Below the pieces are notes generated by a model. It made no database searches, had not been told where the DNA came from, and saw nothing but the letters and a program-made list of their open reading frames with translations. Positions 56,957-64,000 of a stretch of 64,000 bases of DNA are shown here, one piece after another. The translations under genes were made by a program, and so were the position numbers. Source of the DNA: an uncultured Rikenellaceae bacterium (GTDB taxonomy: Bacteria > Bacteroidota > Bacteroidia > Bacteroidales > VadinHA17). Location of the stretch: positions 29,753 through 93,752 of the forward strand of contig CAYYIW010000012.1 in the NCBI GenBank assembly GCA_964472085.1, read 5' to 3'. Position 1 is the first letter of the stretch. Every line of letters begins with the position of its first letter.

Positions 56957-57820
56957 ATGGCTGTGATATTAATTACCGGATCTGAAGGTCAGCTGGGCAA
57001 CGAGTTAAGGATCTTATCTAAGAATTACTATGGCTATGATTTTATGTTCACAGATATTGACACCCTTGACATAACACAAAAAGATCAAACAGAGGCCTTT
57101 ATCAGGGAAAAAAGACCGGGATGGATAATCAACTGTGCCGCGTACAACTTTGTTGATAAAGCTGAATCAGAAACGGAGAGGGCAATGCTTATCAATGGAA
57201 CTGCAGTAAAAAACATCACGGAGATCATAACAGGTACGGAATGCAGGCTTATTCATATCTCTACGGATTATGTTTATGATGGGAAAAACAATATCCCATA
57301 TAATGAAAATGTTCAGCCTGCACCTCTGACAGCTTATGGCAGATCAAAACTAGCCGGTGAGAAATATGCACTTATGCATTATGGCTCAATGGTAATAAGG
57401 ACCTCGTGGCTCTATTCATCATTTGGAAATAATTTTCTGAAGACCATTTTGAAAAATGCGAAGGAGAAAGAATCACTGAATGTTATATTTGATCAGACAG
57501 GTACACCTACATATGCTGCTGACCTTGCCGGTACAATCTTGCATATTGTTTCCGGCGTGATCAAAAACCAGTTCGTGTTGAATGCCGGTTTATATAATTA
57601 TTCAAATGAAGGAACATGTTCCTGGTATGATTTTGCCGTGGAAATAGTGCGTGAAGCCCGGCTTGGTTGCAGTATAAGGCCAATCCTGTCGAAAGATTAC
57701 AAAACGTCTGCTCAACGGCCCTCCTATACAGTTATGGACAAAAGCAAGATAAAAGATAATTATGACCTGGTTATACCGCACTGGCGAACGAGTCTTAAAC
57801 AGTGCATGAAACTATTATAA
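56957..57820 (+). CDS. rfbD: dTDP-4-dehydrorhamnose reductase
   Basis: 287 aa. ILITGSEGQLG, ISTDYVYDG, YGRSKLAGE and the RPSYTVMD C-terminal block. Confidence 0.9.
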   Translation: MAVILITGSEGQLGNELRILSKNYYGYDFMFTDIDTLDITQKDQTEAFIREKRPGWIINCAAYNFVDKAESETERAMLINGTAVKNITEIITGTECRLIHISTDYVYDGKNNIPYNENVQPAPLTAYGRSKLAGEKYALMHYGSMVIRTSWLYSSFGNNFLKTILKNAKEKESLNVIFDQTGTPTYAADLAGTILHIVSGVIKNQFVLNAGLYNYSNEGTCSWYDFAVEIVREARLGCSIRPILSKDYKTSAQRPSYTVMDKSKIKDNYDLVIPHWRTSLKQCMKLL

Positions 57821-57829
57821 AAAGACACT

Positions 57830-59563
57830 ATGCTGACAATTGAAGAGATAAGGGACAGGGCAGCCATATGGCTTGGTGATGATTTCAATGAAGAAACCAG
57901 GAGAGAAGTAAAAGAAATGCTAGAAAATGATGAAAAGAAGCTGGTGGATGCATTTTACCAGGATCTTGAATTTGGTACAGGAGGACTTAGAGGCATTATG
58001 GGTGGGGGCACTAACAGGATGAATATTTACACCCTTGGAATGGCAACCCAGGGTTTGTCAAACTATATTATAAAACAGTCCGGCACAAAGGGGATAAAAG
58101 TTGCCATAGCTTACGATTGCCGTAATAACAGCCGCTATTTTGCTGAAACAACAGCAGACATATTCTCAGCTAACGGGTTTGACGTTTATCTCTTTGAATC
58201 CTTGCGCCCCACGCCTGAGCTCTCATTTGCAATCAGGCATTACCAATGCCAGAGTGGGGTTGTTATAACGGCATCCCATAATCCGCCTGAATACAATGGC
58301 TATAAAGCCTACTGGGATGATGGGGGCCAGGTTGTCGCACCTCACGATGCAGCAATAATTGAAGAAGTAAGAAAGATAAGATCAGTAAGAGATATAAAAT
58401 TTGAAGGGAACAGGGACAGGATAAAAATAATCGGCAAAGAAACAGATGATCTCTTCCTTTCGGAAGTCAGGAAGCTCTCACTTCATCCCGGCATCATCAG
58501 CAAATATAATGATATTAAAATAGTATATACACCTATACACGGAACAGGTATCAAAGCTATACCTCCCGCTTTGAAAATGTCAGGTTTCAGGAATATAATT
58601 AATGTTCCCGAACAGGACATAATCGATGGGAATTTTCCTACCGTTGAATCTCCCAATCCCGAAGAGCCCGGAGCCATGAAAATGGCAATTGAAAAAGCTG
58701 TTGAAACTGATGCAGAACTGGTCATGGCTACAGATCCTGATGCCGACAGGCTGGGACTGGCTGTTAGGAACAAGAGCAACGAATTCATATTGCTTAACGG
58801 AAATCAGACCTGTGTGCTTCTGCTGTGGTATATCCTTTCCCAGTATAAGGAATGCAATAAATACACAGGAAATGAATATATCATAAAGACAATAGTCACA
58901 ACCGATCTTATTGAAAAGATAGCAGACAGGTACGGTGTAGAATATTTCAATGTGCTTACCGGTTTCAAGTTCTTTGCTGAACTTATAAGAAAAAATGAGC
59001 CTGACAGGAAATATATCGGAGGAGGGGAAGAAAGTTATGGTTTTCTCCCTGGAGAATATGTCAGGGATAAGGATTCGGTGGGCTCATGTTTACTGGCTGC
59101 CGAAGCCGCAGCCTGGGCTAAAAGTAAAAGTAAATCACTTTATGGACTTCTTACAGATATTTACCTTGAATATGGCTTTTACAGGGAAAGACTGATGAAT
59201 ATTGTCAGAAAAGGAAAAGCAGGTGCGGATGAAATAAGAAACATGATGTCGGGATACAGGACCAATCCTCCTGCTTTAATAAATAACAGCAGGGTTGTAA
59301 GAATAACCGATTATGAAAAACTGGAAACATATGACCTGGTATCAGGAGTTAAAAAATCCTTTGAATTTAACAGGTCAAATGTCATGCAGTTTTTTCTTGA
59401 GGATGGTTCGAAAATATCAGTACGACCTTCAGGCACTGAACCAAAGATAAAGTATTATTTCAGTGTCAATAGCAGGCTTGAATCAGCTGAAAGGATGGAA
59501 GAGATAGAAGAAATGCTTGATGAAAGGATTGATGGAATAATAAAGGATATGAAGCTGGGATAA
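57830..59563 (+). CDS. phosphoglucomutase/phosphomannomutase-family phosphosugar mutase
   Basis: 577 aa. Active-site TASHNPPEYNGYK, metal loop ATDPDADR, and sugar/phosphate-binding GGEESYG and RPSGTEPKIK. Confidence 0.9.
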   Translation: MLTIEEIRDRAAIWLGDDFNEETRREVKEMLENDEKKLVDAFYQDLEFGTGGLRGIMGGGTNRMNIYTLGMATQGLSNYIIKQSGTKGIKVAIAYDCRNNSRYFAETTADIFSANGFDVYLFESLRPTPELSFAIRHYQCQSGVVITASHNPPEYNGYKAYWDDGGQVVAPHDAAIIEEVRKIRSVRDIKFEGNRDRIKIIGKETDDLFLSEVRKLSLHPGIISKYNDIKIVYTPIHGTGIKAIPPALKMSGFRNIINVPEQDIIDGNFPTVESPNPEEPGAMKMAIEKAVETDAELVMATDPDADRLGLAVRNKSNEFILLNGNQTCVLLLWYILSQYKECNKYTGNEYIIKTIVTTDLIEKIADRYGVEYFNVLTGFKFFAELIRKNEPDRKYIGGGEESYGFLPGEYVRDKDSVGSCLLAAEAAAWAKSKSKSLYGLLTDIYLEYGFYRERLMNIVRKGKAGADEIRNMMSGYRTNPPALINNSRVVRITDYEKLETYDLVSGVKKSFEFNRSNVMQFFLEDGSKISVRPSGTEPKIKYYFSVNSRLESAERMEEIEEMLDERIDGIIKDMKLG

Positions 59564-59611
59564 GGACCAGGCAATAAAGCGACAAATCCAAATACCTGAG
59601 GATAATTTTAC

Positions 59612-60028
59612 TTACTCCCCTATTATCTTAACTAGCACCCGTTTACGACGTTTGCCATCGAATTCTCCATAGAATATCTGTTCCCAAGGTCCGAAGTCCA
59701 TTCTGCCATTCGTGACAGCGACAACGACTTCACGGCCCATAAGTGTGCGCTTAATATGAGCATCTGCATTATCTTCAAAACCATTGTGCTGATATTGACT
59801 GTAAGGTTTCTCAGGGGCAAGTTTTTCAAGCCATACTTCAAAGTCATGATGAAGACCTGATTCGTCATCATTAATGAAGACACTTGCTGAAATATGCATT
59901 GCATTAACAAGTATCAAACCTTCTGTAATATTTGATTCTTTTAAGCATATTTCAACTTGATGAGTGATGTTTACAAATGCTCTGCGAGTAGGTATCTCAA
60001 ACCAAAGTTCTTTTCTGTATGATTTCAT
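59612..60028 (-). CDS. YjbQ/UPF0047 family protein (secondary thiamine-phosphate synthase-type)
   Basis: 138 aa. [15 protein letters not shown], and [16 protein letters not shown] with the ending [18 protein letters not shown], typical of the family. Confidence 0.85.
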   Translation of the reverse strand: MKSYRKELWFEIPTRRAFVNITHQVEICLKESNITEGLILVNAMHISASVFINDDESGLHHDFEVWLEKLAPEKPYSQYQHNGFEDNADAHIKRTLMGREVVVAVTNGRMDFGPWEQIFYGEFDGKRRKRVLVKIIGE

Positions 60029-60332
60029 GATTTTTCAATTTTATTAAATTTTAAAGTTATAAAGATATTTTCAGAATCTTGAGATAGAACACTTGTATGA
60101 AATTATAATATTGTTGAAATTACTTTAGCATGATGCCGCTTAACCGGTCAAATACAGCTAAAGATTCCCCTTGCACCAATATATCGAGCCGGAGTGTTGA
60201 TGAAGGCTAACAATCGTTATAGAAGAGACTTCCTGCTACTATCCGGGAGATCCTTCACTACACTTCGTTCCGTTCTCTAAATTTATCTCGAGCAGGTACG
60301 CATCTGCGCCGTTGTGTCACTGTGCCTTGCTA

Positions 60333-61754
60333 TCAATCCTCCGTAAAGAAATCCTGCGAGAAGTTGACAAGGTAGACTCTGTCTGTAGCCCTGGTAAGGG
60401 CTGTATAGAACCAGCGGAGATAATCAATAGTTATCTCATTGCGGTTAAACATGCCCTGGTCGATAAATACCCTTTCCCACTGGCCACCCTGTGCCTTATG
60501 GCAGGTTACTGCATATGAAAATTTAATCTGCAGTGCATTGAAATAAGGATTATTTCTTACAGCCTCAAATTGTTTCTTCCTGGTTCGTAAGCTGACATAA
60601 TCGGCAAGTATAGTCTGAAATAGCTCCCTGTTTTTTTCGGCCGGGAGAGCCGGAGTATCAAGGTGAAGGACATCCAGCATTACCTTCGTTTCAATTTCCA
60701 GTCCGTAATCGGGGAAATTAAGTACCATCTCAGCAAAACGAAAACCGTATATCTCTTCATATTTCCTGATACGTCTTACCTCTGCTATATCACCATTTGC
60801 GATAAAACCTGTTGTGTCTTCCTCCTCATTAAGGATAGTATAATTATTTTTAACCACCATCACCATATCACCCGGACTTATCTCCTCCTCCCTGAAGAAT
60901 ACCCTGTTACGTATTCCCTGGTTATACCGGTTAGCCTGCTTATTTGAATTAACAATGATTATTGTGCCTTCCATACCGCTCATCCCATAAGCATTTGAAA
61001 GCTCTTCAATAAGATCTTCACCTGAAAGCCTTCTTATATCGTTGTAGTTGTTGCAGTCTATGGCAGGATGAGACAGGTCATTCCCGGCAACCTGCAGTCG
61101 CACCTGTGTGGCATTCATCAGCACACCGGATGTCTCACTCTGGCGTACTACCTGTTTCAGTTCACAGGACACGAGCCCAAAACCATATTCAGCCAGGGCT
61201 GCAGGATCGAGTGCAGGACTGAGATTTGAGCCCACGGGTGGCAGCTGGGCTCTGTCGCCAACGAGGATCAGCTTGCAGTCCGTCCCTGAATAAACATATT
61301 CTATCAGGTCATCCAGTAGCCTTCCACTGCCAAATAAAGAGGAATCGCCGGCAATGTTTGAGACCATAGAAGCCTCATCAACAATAAAAAAAGCATTCCG
61401 GTGCAAATTCCTGTCAAGTGAAAAACTACCGATCCCATCTTTTAGTGATTTCTGGCGGTAGATCTTCTTATGTATAGTAAATGCCTGCTTCCCTGCAAAT
61501 GACGACAGGACCTTAGCAGCCCTTCCGGTTGGAGCCAGCAGGACGGAACGCATGCGAAGAAGGTCAAGTGTCCTGACAATTGAACTTATGACACTGGTCT
61601 TTCCGGTACCGGCATATCCGGTTATCAGAAAAATCACATCATTATTATTATCACATATATAGGATGCCAGACTTTTTAATGCCTCAGACTGGTCATCAGT
61701 CGGTACATTCCCCAGGTTACTGACCAGATTATTATATATTATCGTATCGCGCAT
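60333..61754 (-). CDS. SF1B RecD/Pif1-like ATP-dependent DNA helicase
   Basis: 473 aa. Walker A GYAGTGKTS, Walker B FIVDEASMV, VGDRAQLPPV and the C-terminal VTCHKAQGGQWERVFI. Confidence 0.85.
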   Translation of the reverse strand: MRDTIIYNNLVSNLGNVPTDDQSEALKSLASYICDNNNDVIFLITGYAGTGKTSVISSIVRTLDLLRMRSVLLAPTGRAAKVLSSFAGKQAFTIHKKIYRQKSLKDGIGSFSLDRNLHRNAFFIVDEASMVSNIAGDSSLFGSGRLLDDLIEYVYSGTDCKLILVGDRAQLPPVGSNLSPALDPAALAEYGFGLVSCELKQVVRQSETSGVLMNATQVRLQVAGNDLSHPAIDCNNYNDIRRLSGEDLIEELSNAYGMSGMEGTIIIVNSNKQANRYNQGIRNRVFFREEEISPGDMVMVVKNNYTILNEEEDTTGFIANGDIAEVRRIRKYEEIYGFRFAEMVLNFPDYGLEIETKVMLDVLHLDTPALPAEKNRELFQTILADYVSLRTRKKQFEAVRNNPYFNALQIKFSYAVTCHKAQGGQWERVFIDQGMFNRNEITIDYLRWFYTALTRATDRVYLVNFSQDFFTED

Positions 61755-61797
61755 GAGTATTTAGTCATGTCTAAAACAGCCACTTGATTTTTTTTCA

Positions 61798-61805
61798 TAT
61801 TTTTG
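61798..61805 (+). promoter_or_regulatory. Bacteroidota -7 box (TAnnTTTG) upstream of the DUF3822-rsmD pair
   Basis: TATTTTTG, 36 nt upstream of the ATG at 61841. Confidence 0.4.
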
Positions 61806-61840
61806 TTCGTAAACTTAGCTAATCCTGATAACAATAAGAA

Positions 61841-62683
61841 ATGCCTTTCCTCGAGCTTTTTGATGAGACCCTTGATATAAATTCCACCGCGAATTATGAG
61901 CTTGCTGTTCAGGTAAGTCCTGACGGGCTGGCCTTTTCAATTCTTGACACCATCAGGAACAAGTTTGTAATGATCAGGGCTTTTGAACCTGATGAAAACA
62001 AATATTTCAGTGCTACAAACATCAGTGAGATCATCAGCAAGGACGATTTTTTATCCCAGCATTATAAGAAGGTCCACATCATAATGCCTTCGCAGAAATT
62101 TACCCTTGTGCCCTCGGCTCTGTATGATCCGGGTAAAAAAGAGGAATATTTTACCCTTAACCACAGTAATGAAGATAATGATCCGGTAAGTTCCAATAAA
62201 ATAGAAGATCCCGATGGTTATCTTGTTTTTTCTGTGCGGGACTCAATCAGTAAGTTGTTTGCGGATTTTTATCCCGGTGTTTTCCCGGCTCATCATTTGA
62301 AACCGTTGCTGTATCATATATCACATGCCAGGAAGATTTCCCACGGAAATTATATTCACCTTCATGTGGAACGCGATTATTTCAACCTTATAATAGGTGA
62401 CAGCAACAGTCTCAGATTCTGCAATTCATTCAGCTACAGAAATATATCCGATATAATGTATTATGTGCTTAATGTGCTGAAGAACCTTGGCATCAGCCAG
62501 GAAGAAACCATCTTTTTCAGCGGATATACTGAGAAATATGACGACCTGTCTTCAGGTATAGCAATGTATATAAGGACAGTCAAATTCGCAGAGCCTTCGG
62601 GGAAATTTACATTTAGCTATATTTTTAACGATCTGGAACTTCAAAGGTTCCTGCCTCTTTTCAGTATTGTAAGTTGCGAATAA
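61841..62683 (+). CDS. DUF3822 family protein
   Basis: 280 aa. N-terminus ...YELAVQVSPDGLAFSILD... resembles DUF3822. Overlaps rsmD by 10 nt. Confidence 0.6.
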   Translation: MPFLELFDETLDINSTANYELAVQVSPDGLAFSILDTIRNKFVMIRAFEPDENKYFSATNISEIISKDDFLSQHYKKVHIIMPSQKFTLVPSALYDPGKKEEYFTLNHSNEDNDPVSSNKIEDPDGYLVFSVRDSISKLFADFYPGVFPAHHLKPLLYHISHARKISHGNYIHLHVERDYFNLIIGDSNSLRFCNSFSYRNISDIMYYVLNVLKNLGISQEETIFFSGYTEKYDDLSSGIAMYIRTVKFAEPSGKFTFSYIFNDLELQRFLPLFSIVSCE

Positions 62684-63213
62684 TCGGTGGTAAATACAGG
62701 GGAAGGAGGATTGAACCTCCCCCGGGTTTCCGTGCGAGACCCACGACGGATTTTGCCCGGGAAGCACTTTTCAACATACTTAATAACAGGATTGACTTTG
62801 AAGACATAAACATCCTTGATCTGTTTTCAGGCACGGGAAGTATAAGCTATGAATTTGCCTCAAGGGGTGCTCTTGCTGTACATCTTGTAGAGAAGGATAT
62901 TAGACATATTTCCGGTATCAGGAAGATAATACAAGAAATAGGCTTCGAGAACATAAAACCTGTTCATATAGATGTAAAAGCCTACCTGAAAACCTGTTCA
63001 ACAAAATATGATGTGATTTTTGCCGATCCTCCCTATGATCTCAGCTGGCTTAAAGACCTGCCCGATCTTGTAATGAATTCCGGTGTTCTTAAAACAGATG
63101 GATTCTTTATTCTTGAACATCCCAGGATGATGAAGTTCAACTACCATAAACTATTTTTCGAACACAGGAGCTATGGTGGAGTTAACTTCAGTTTCTTTCG
63201 TTATGAAACATAA
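62674..63213 (+). CDS. rsmD: 16S rRNA (guanine966-N2)-methyltransferase
   Basis: 179 aa. MRIIGGKYRGRRI, RPTTDFAREALFNIL, LDLFSGTGS and FADPPY. Confidence 0.85.
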   Translation: MRIIGGKYRGRRIEPPPGFRARPTTDFAREALFNILNNRIDFEDINILDLFSGTGSISYEFASRGALAVHLVEKDIRHISGIRKIIQEIGFENIKPVHIDVKAYLKTCSTKYDVIFADPPYDLSWLKDLPDLVMNSGVLKTDGFFILEHPRMMKFNYHKLFFEHRSYGGVNFSFFRYET

Positions 63214-63289
63214 TGATACCCTTCTTGAAAAACAGTAATAACAGACACTCCTTCAAAAACATCACAATATCAATTTCCATTACCCAGGT

Positions 63290-64000
63290 CTATTCCTTAA
63301 CAATCTTCTTTACATAGCTGCCACTCCCTGTTATTATCTTCAACAGGTACATCCCGGGGGTAAATGATCTCATATTCAGATTATATCTTTCAGCTCCTAC
63401 ATTTATATCGGTAAGGATATGGCCCTGCAGGTTTATAAGCTGAAGTGATATGATGGTTTCCCCTGCTTCGATATGTAAAATATCCTTAACAGGCAGGGGA
63501 TAAAGCTTTATCCCGTCATCTGTTATGACATCATTAACTCCCATAATTGAATTGTTGGATGCAATCCAGTTAATGGCCTGGCTGTTATCTGAATTCAGAT
63601 CAGGAAGTTCAAGATAATAGCCATTGGCACTTGCATCGGGCCAGGGATACTGGGTGGAATATACCACGCTGTCTATTACATTTCCGAAAGCATCGACAAG
63701 CACCAGCGATTCTCCCGAGTTGGAGAGATTCCTTGTGTACTGACCAAAGGGGTGAAAACCATATTTTGAAAGGAATACCTGGCTTTTACTGGCAAGTACC
63801 AGTGATGAACCTGTTTCAAGAAAGGATCCTGCAGGAAACTGGTAAACAAATCCGGTTCCGCTGAAATACAAACCTGTAAGGTCGGCTGTCTGATCACCGT
63901 TATTTGTAATCTCGATGAATTCCTGGTCTTTACTGTCGGGATAAGACAGAGTTGAGTCGGGGAAATACATTATCTTATCGATAACCAGGTCAGGCACATA
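63290..64000 (-). CDS. T9SS cargo fragment: lamin-tail-domain (LTD) protein with a type A (TIGR04183-type) C-terminal sorting domain; 5' end outside the window
   Basis: LTD block EFIEITNNGDQTADLTGLYFSG. CTD block KLYPLPVKDILHIE...LINLQGHIL...GMYLLKIITGSGSYVKKIVKE. The frame is still open at base 64000, and the apparent start is a GTG that is probably an internal Val. Confidence 0.75.
   Translation of the reverse strand, partial: YVPDLVIDKIMYFPDSTLSYPDSKDQEFIEITNNGDQTADLTGLYFSGTGFVYQFPAGSFLETGSSLVLASKSQVFLSKYGFHPFGQYTRNLSNSGESLVLVDAFGNVIDSVVYSTQYPWPDASANGYYLELPDLNSDNSQAINWIASNNSIMGVNDVITDDGIKLYPLPVKDILHIEAGETIISLQLINLQGHILTDINVGAERYNLNMRSFTPGMYLLKIITGSGSYVKKIVKE

Noticed and set aside
60029-60120. 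Looked for a TPP (thiamine pyrophosphate) riboswitch upstream of yjbQ, a gene family linked to thiamine-phosphate synthesis.
   Set aside because: No CTGAGA...ACCTGATCTGGATAATGCCAGCG-like core on the minus strand. The proximal 90 nt are plain AT-rich promoter-like sequence.
1-64000. Window-wide search for tRNA/rRNA genes, CRISPR repeat-spacer arrays, integrases/transposases, IS terminal repeats, prophage genes, reverse transcriptases and restriction-modification or known defence genes.
   Set aside because: None seen. All spacers longer than 100 nt were read on both strands. None has cloverleaf-like or array-like structure, and every long ORF has a housekeeping or envelope-type identity. The region looks like core chromosome, not an island.

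Overview
This 64-kb window looks like a core chromosomal region of a Bacteroidota genome. The assignment rests on two proteins with T9SS C-terminal sorting domains, a PorE-like TPR/beta-propeller/OmpA protein, a FeoA-FeoB fusion, and recurrent TAnnTTTG -7 promoter boxes just upstream of genes. Coding density is high, with about 56 CDS on both strands, and the content is mostly housekeeping: feoB, folP-cdaA, tmk, tpiA, rsmE, uvrA, a serC-serA-DUF1015-yggS operon, gcvT, clpB, guaA, rnz, rpsA, ugd, rfbA-rfbC-rfbD plus a phosphosugar mutase, an SF1B helicase and rsmD. I found no rRNA, tRNA, CRISPR array, integrase, transposase, phage or other mobile-element signature, and no long-range repeats. 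I cannot point to a clear-cut new system, so everything below is a candidate. The stretches most worth a second look are: (1) a translationally coupled SPFH/band-7, Arc-type RHH and 4-Cys zinc-ribbon triad (20257-21511). (2) Scattered partner-switch signalling parts: an Hpt-STAS pair at 36902-37598, a SiaB/SiaC-like pair at 44414-45373, and a STAS gene between rpsA and rnz at 50978-51316. No PP2C phosphatase, output enzyme or partner sigma factor is in the window. (3) A 1496-aa secreted protein with no recognisable domain (14454-18944). (4) A 1023-aa ABCG-type transporter with a roughly 270-aa N-terminal sensory-looking extension (41246-44317). (5) A DUF1015 gene embedded in a serine/PLP operon. 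(6) A roughly 200-codon E/K/A/T low-complexity tract with 48-nt tandem repeats ahead of the S1 core of rpsA. (7) Two unusually GC-rich, hairpin-forming non-coding spacers (21512-22076 and 60120-60332). All functional calls come from motif recognition by eye. No database search was run.
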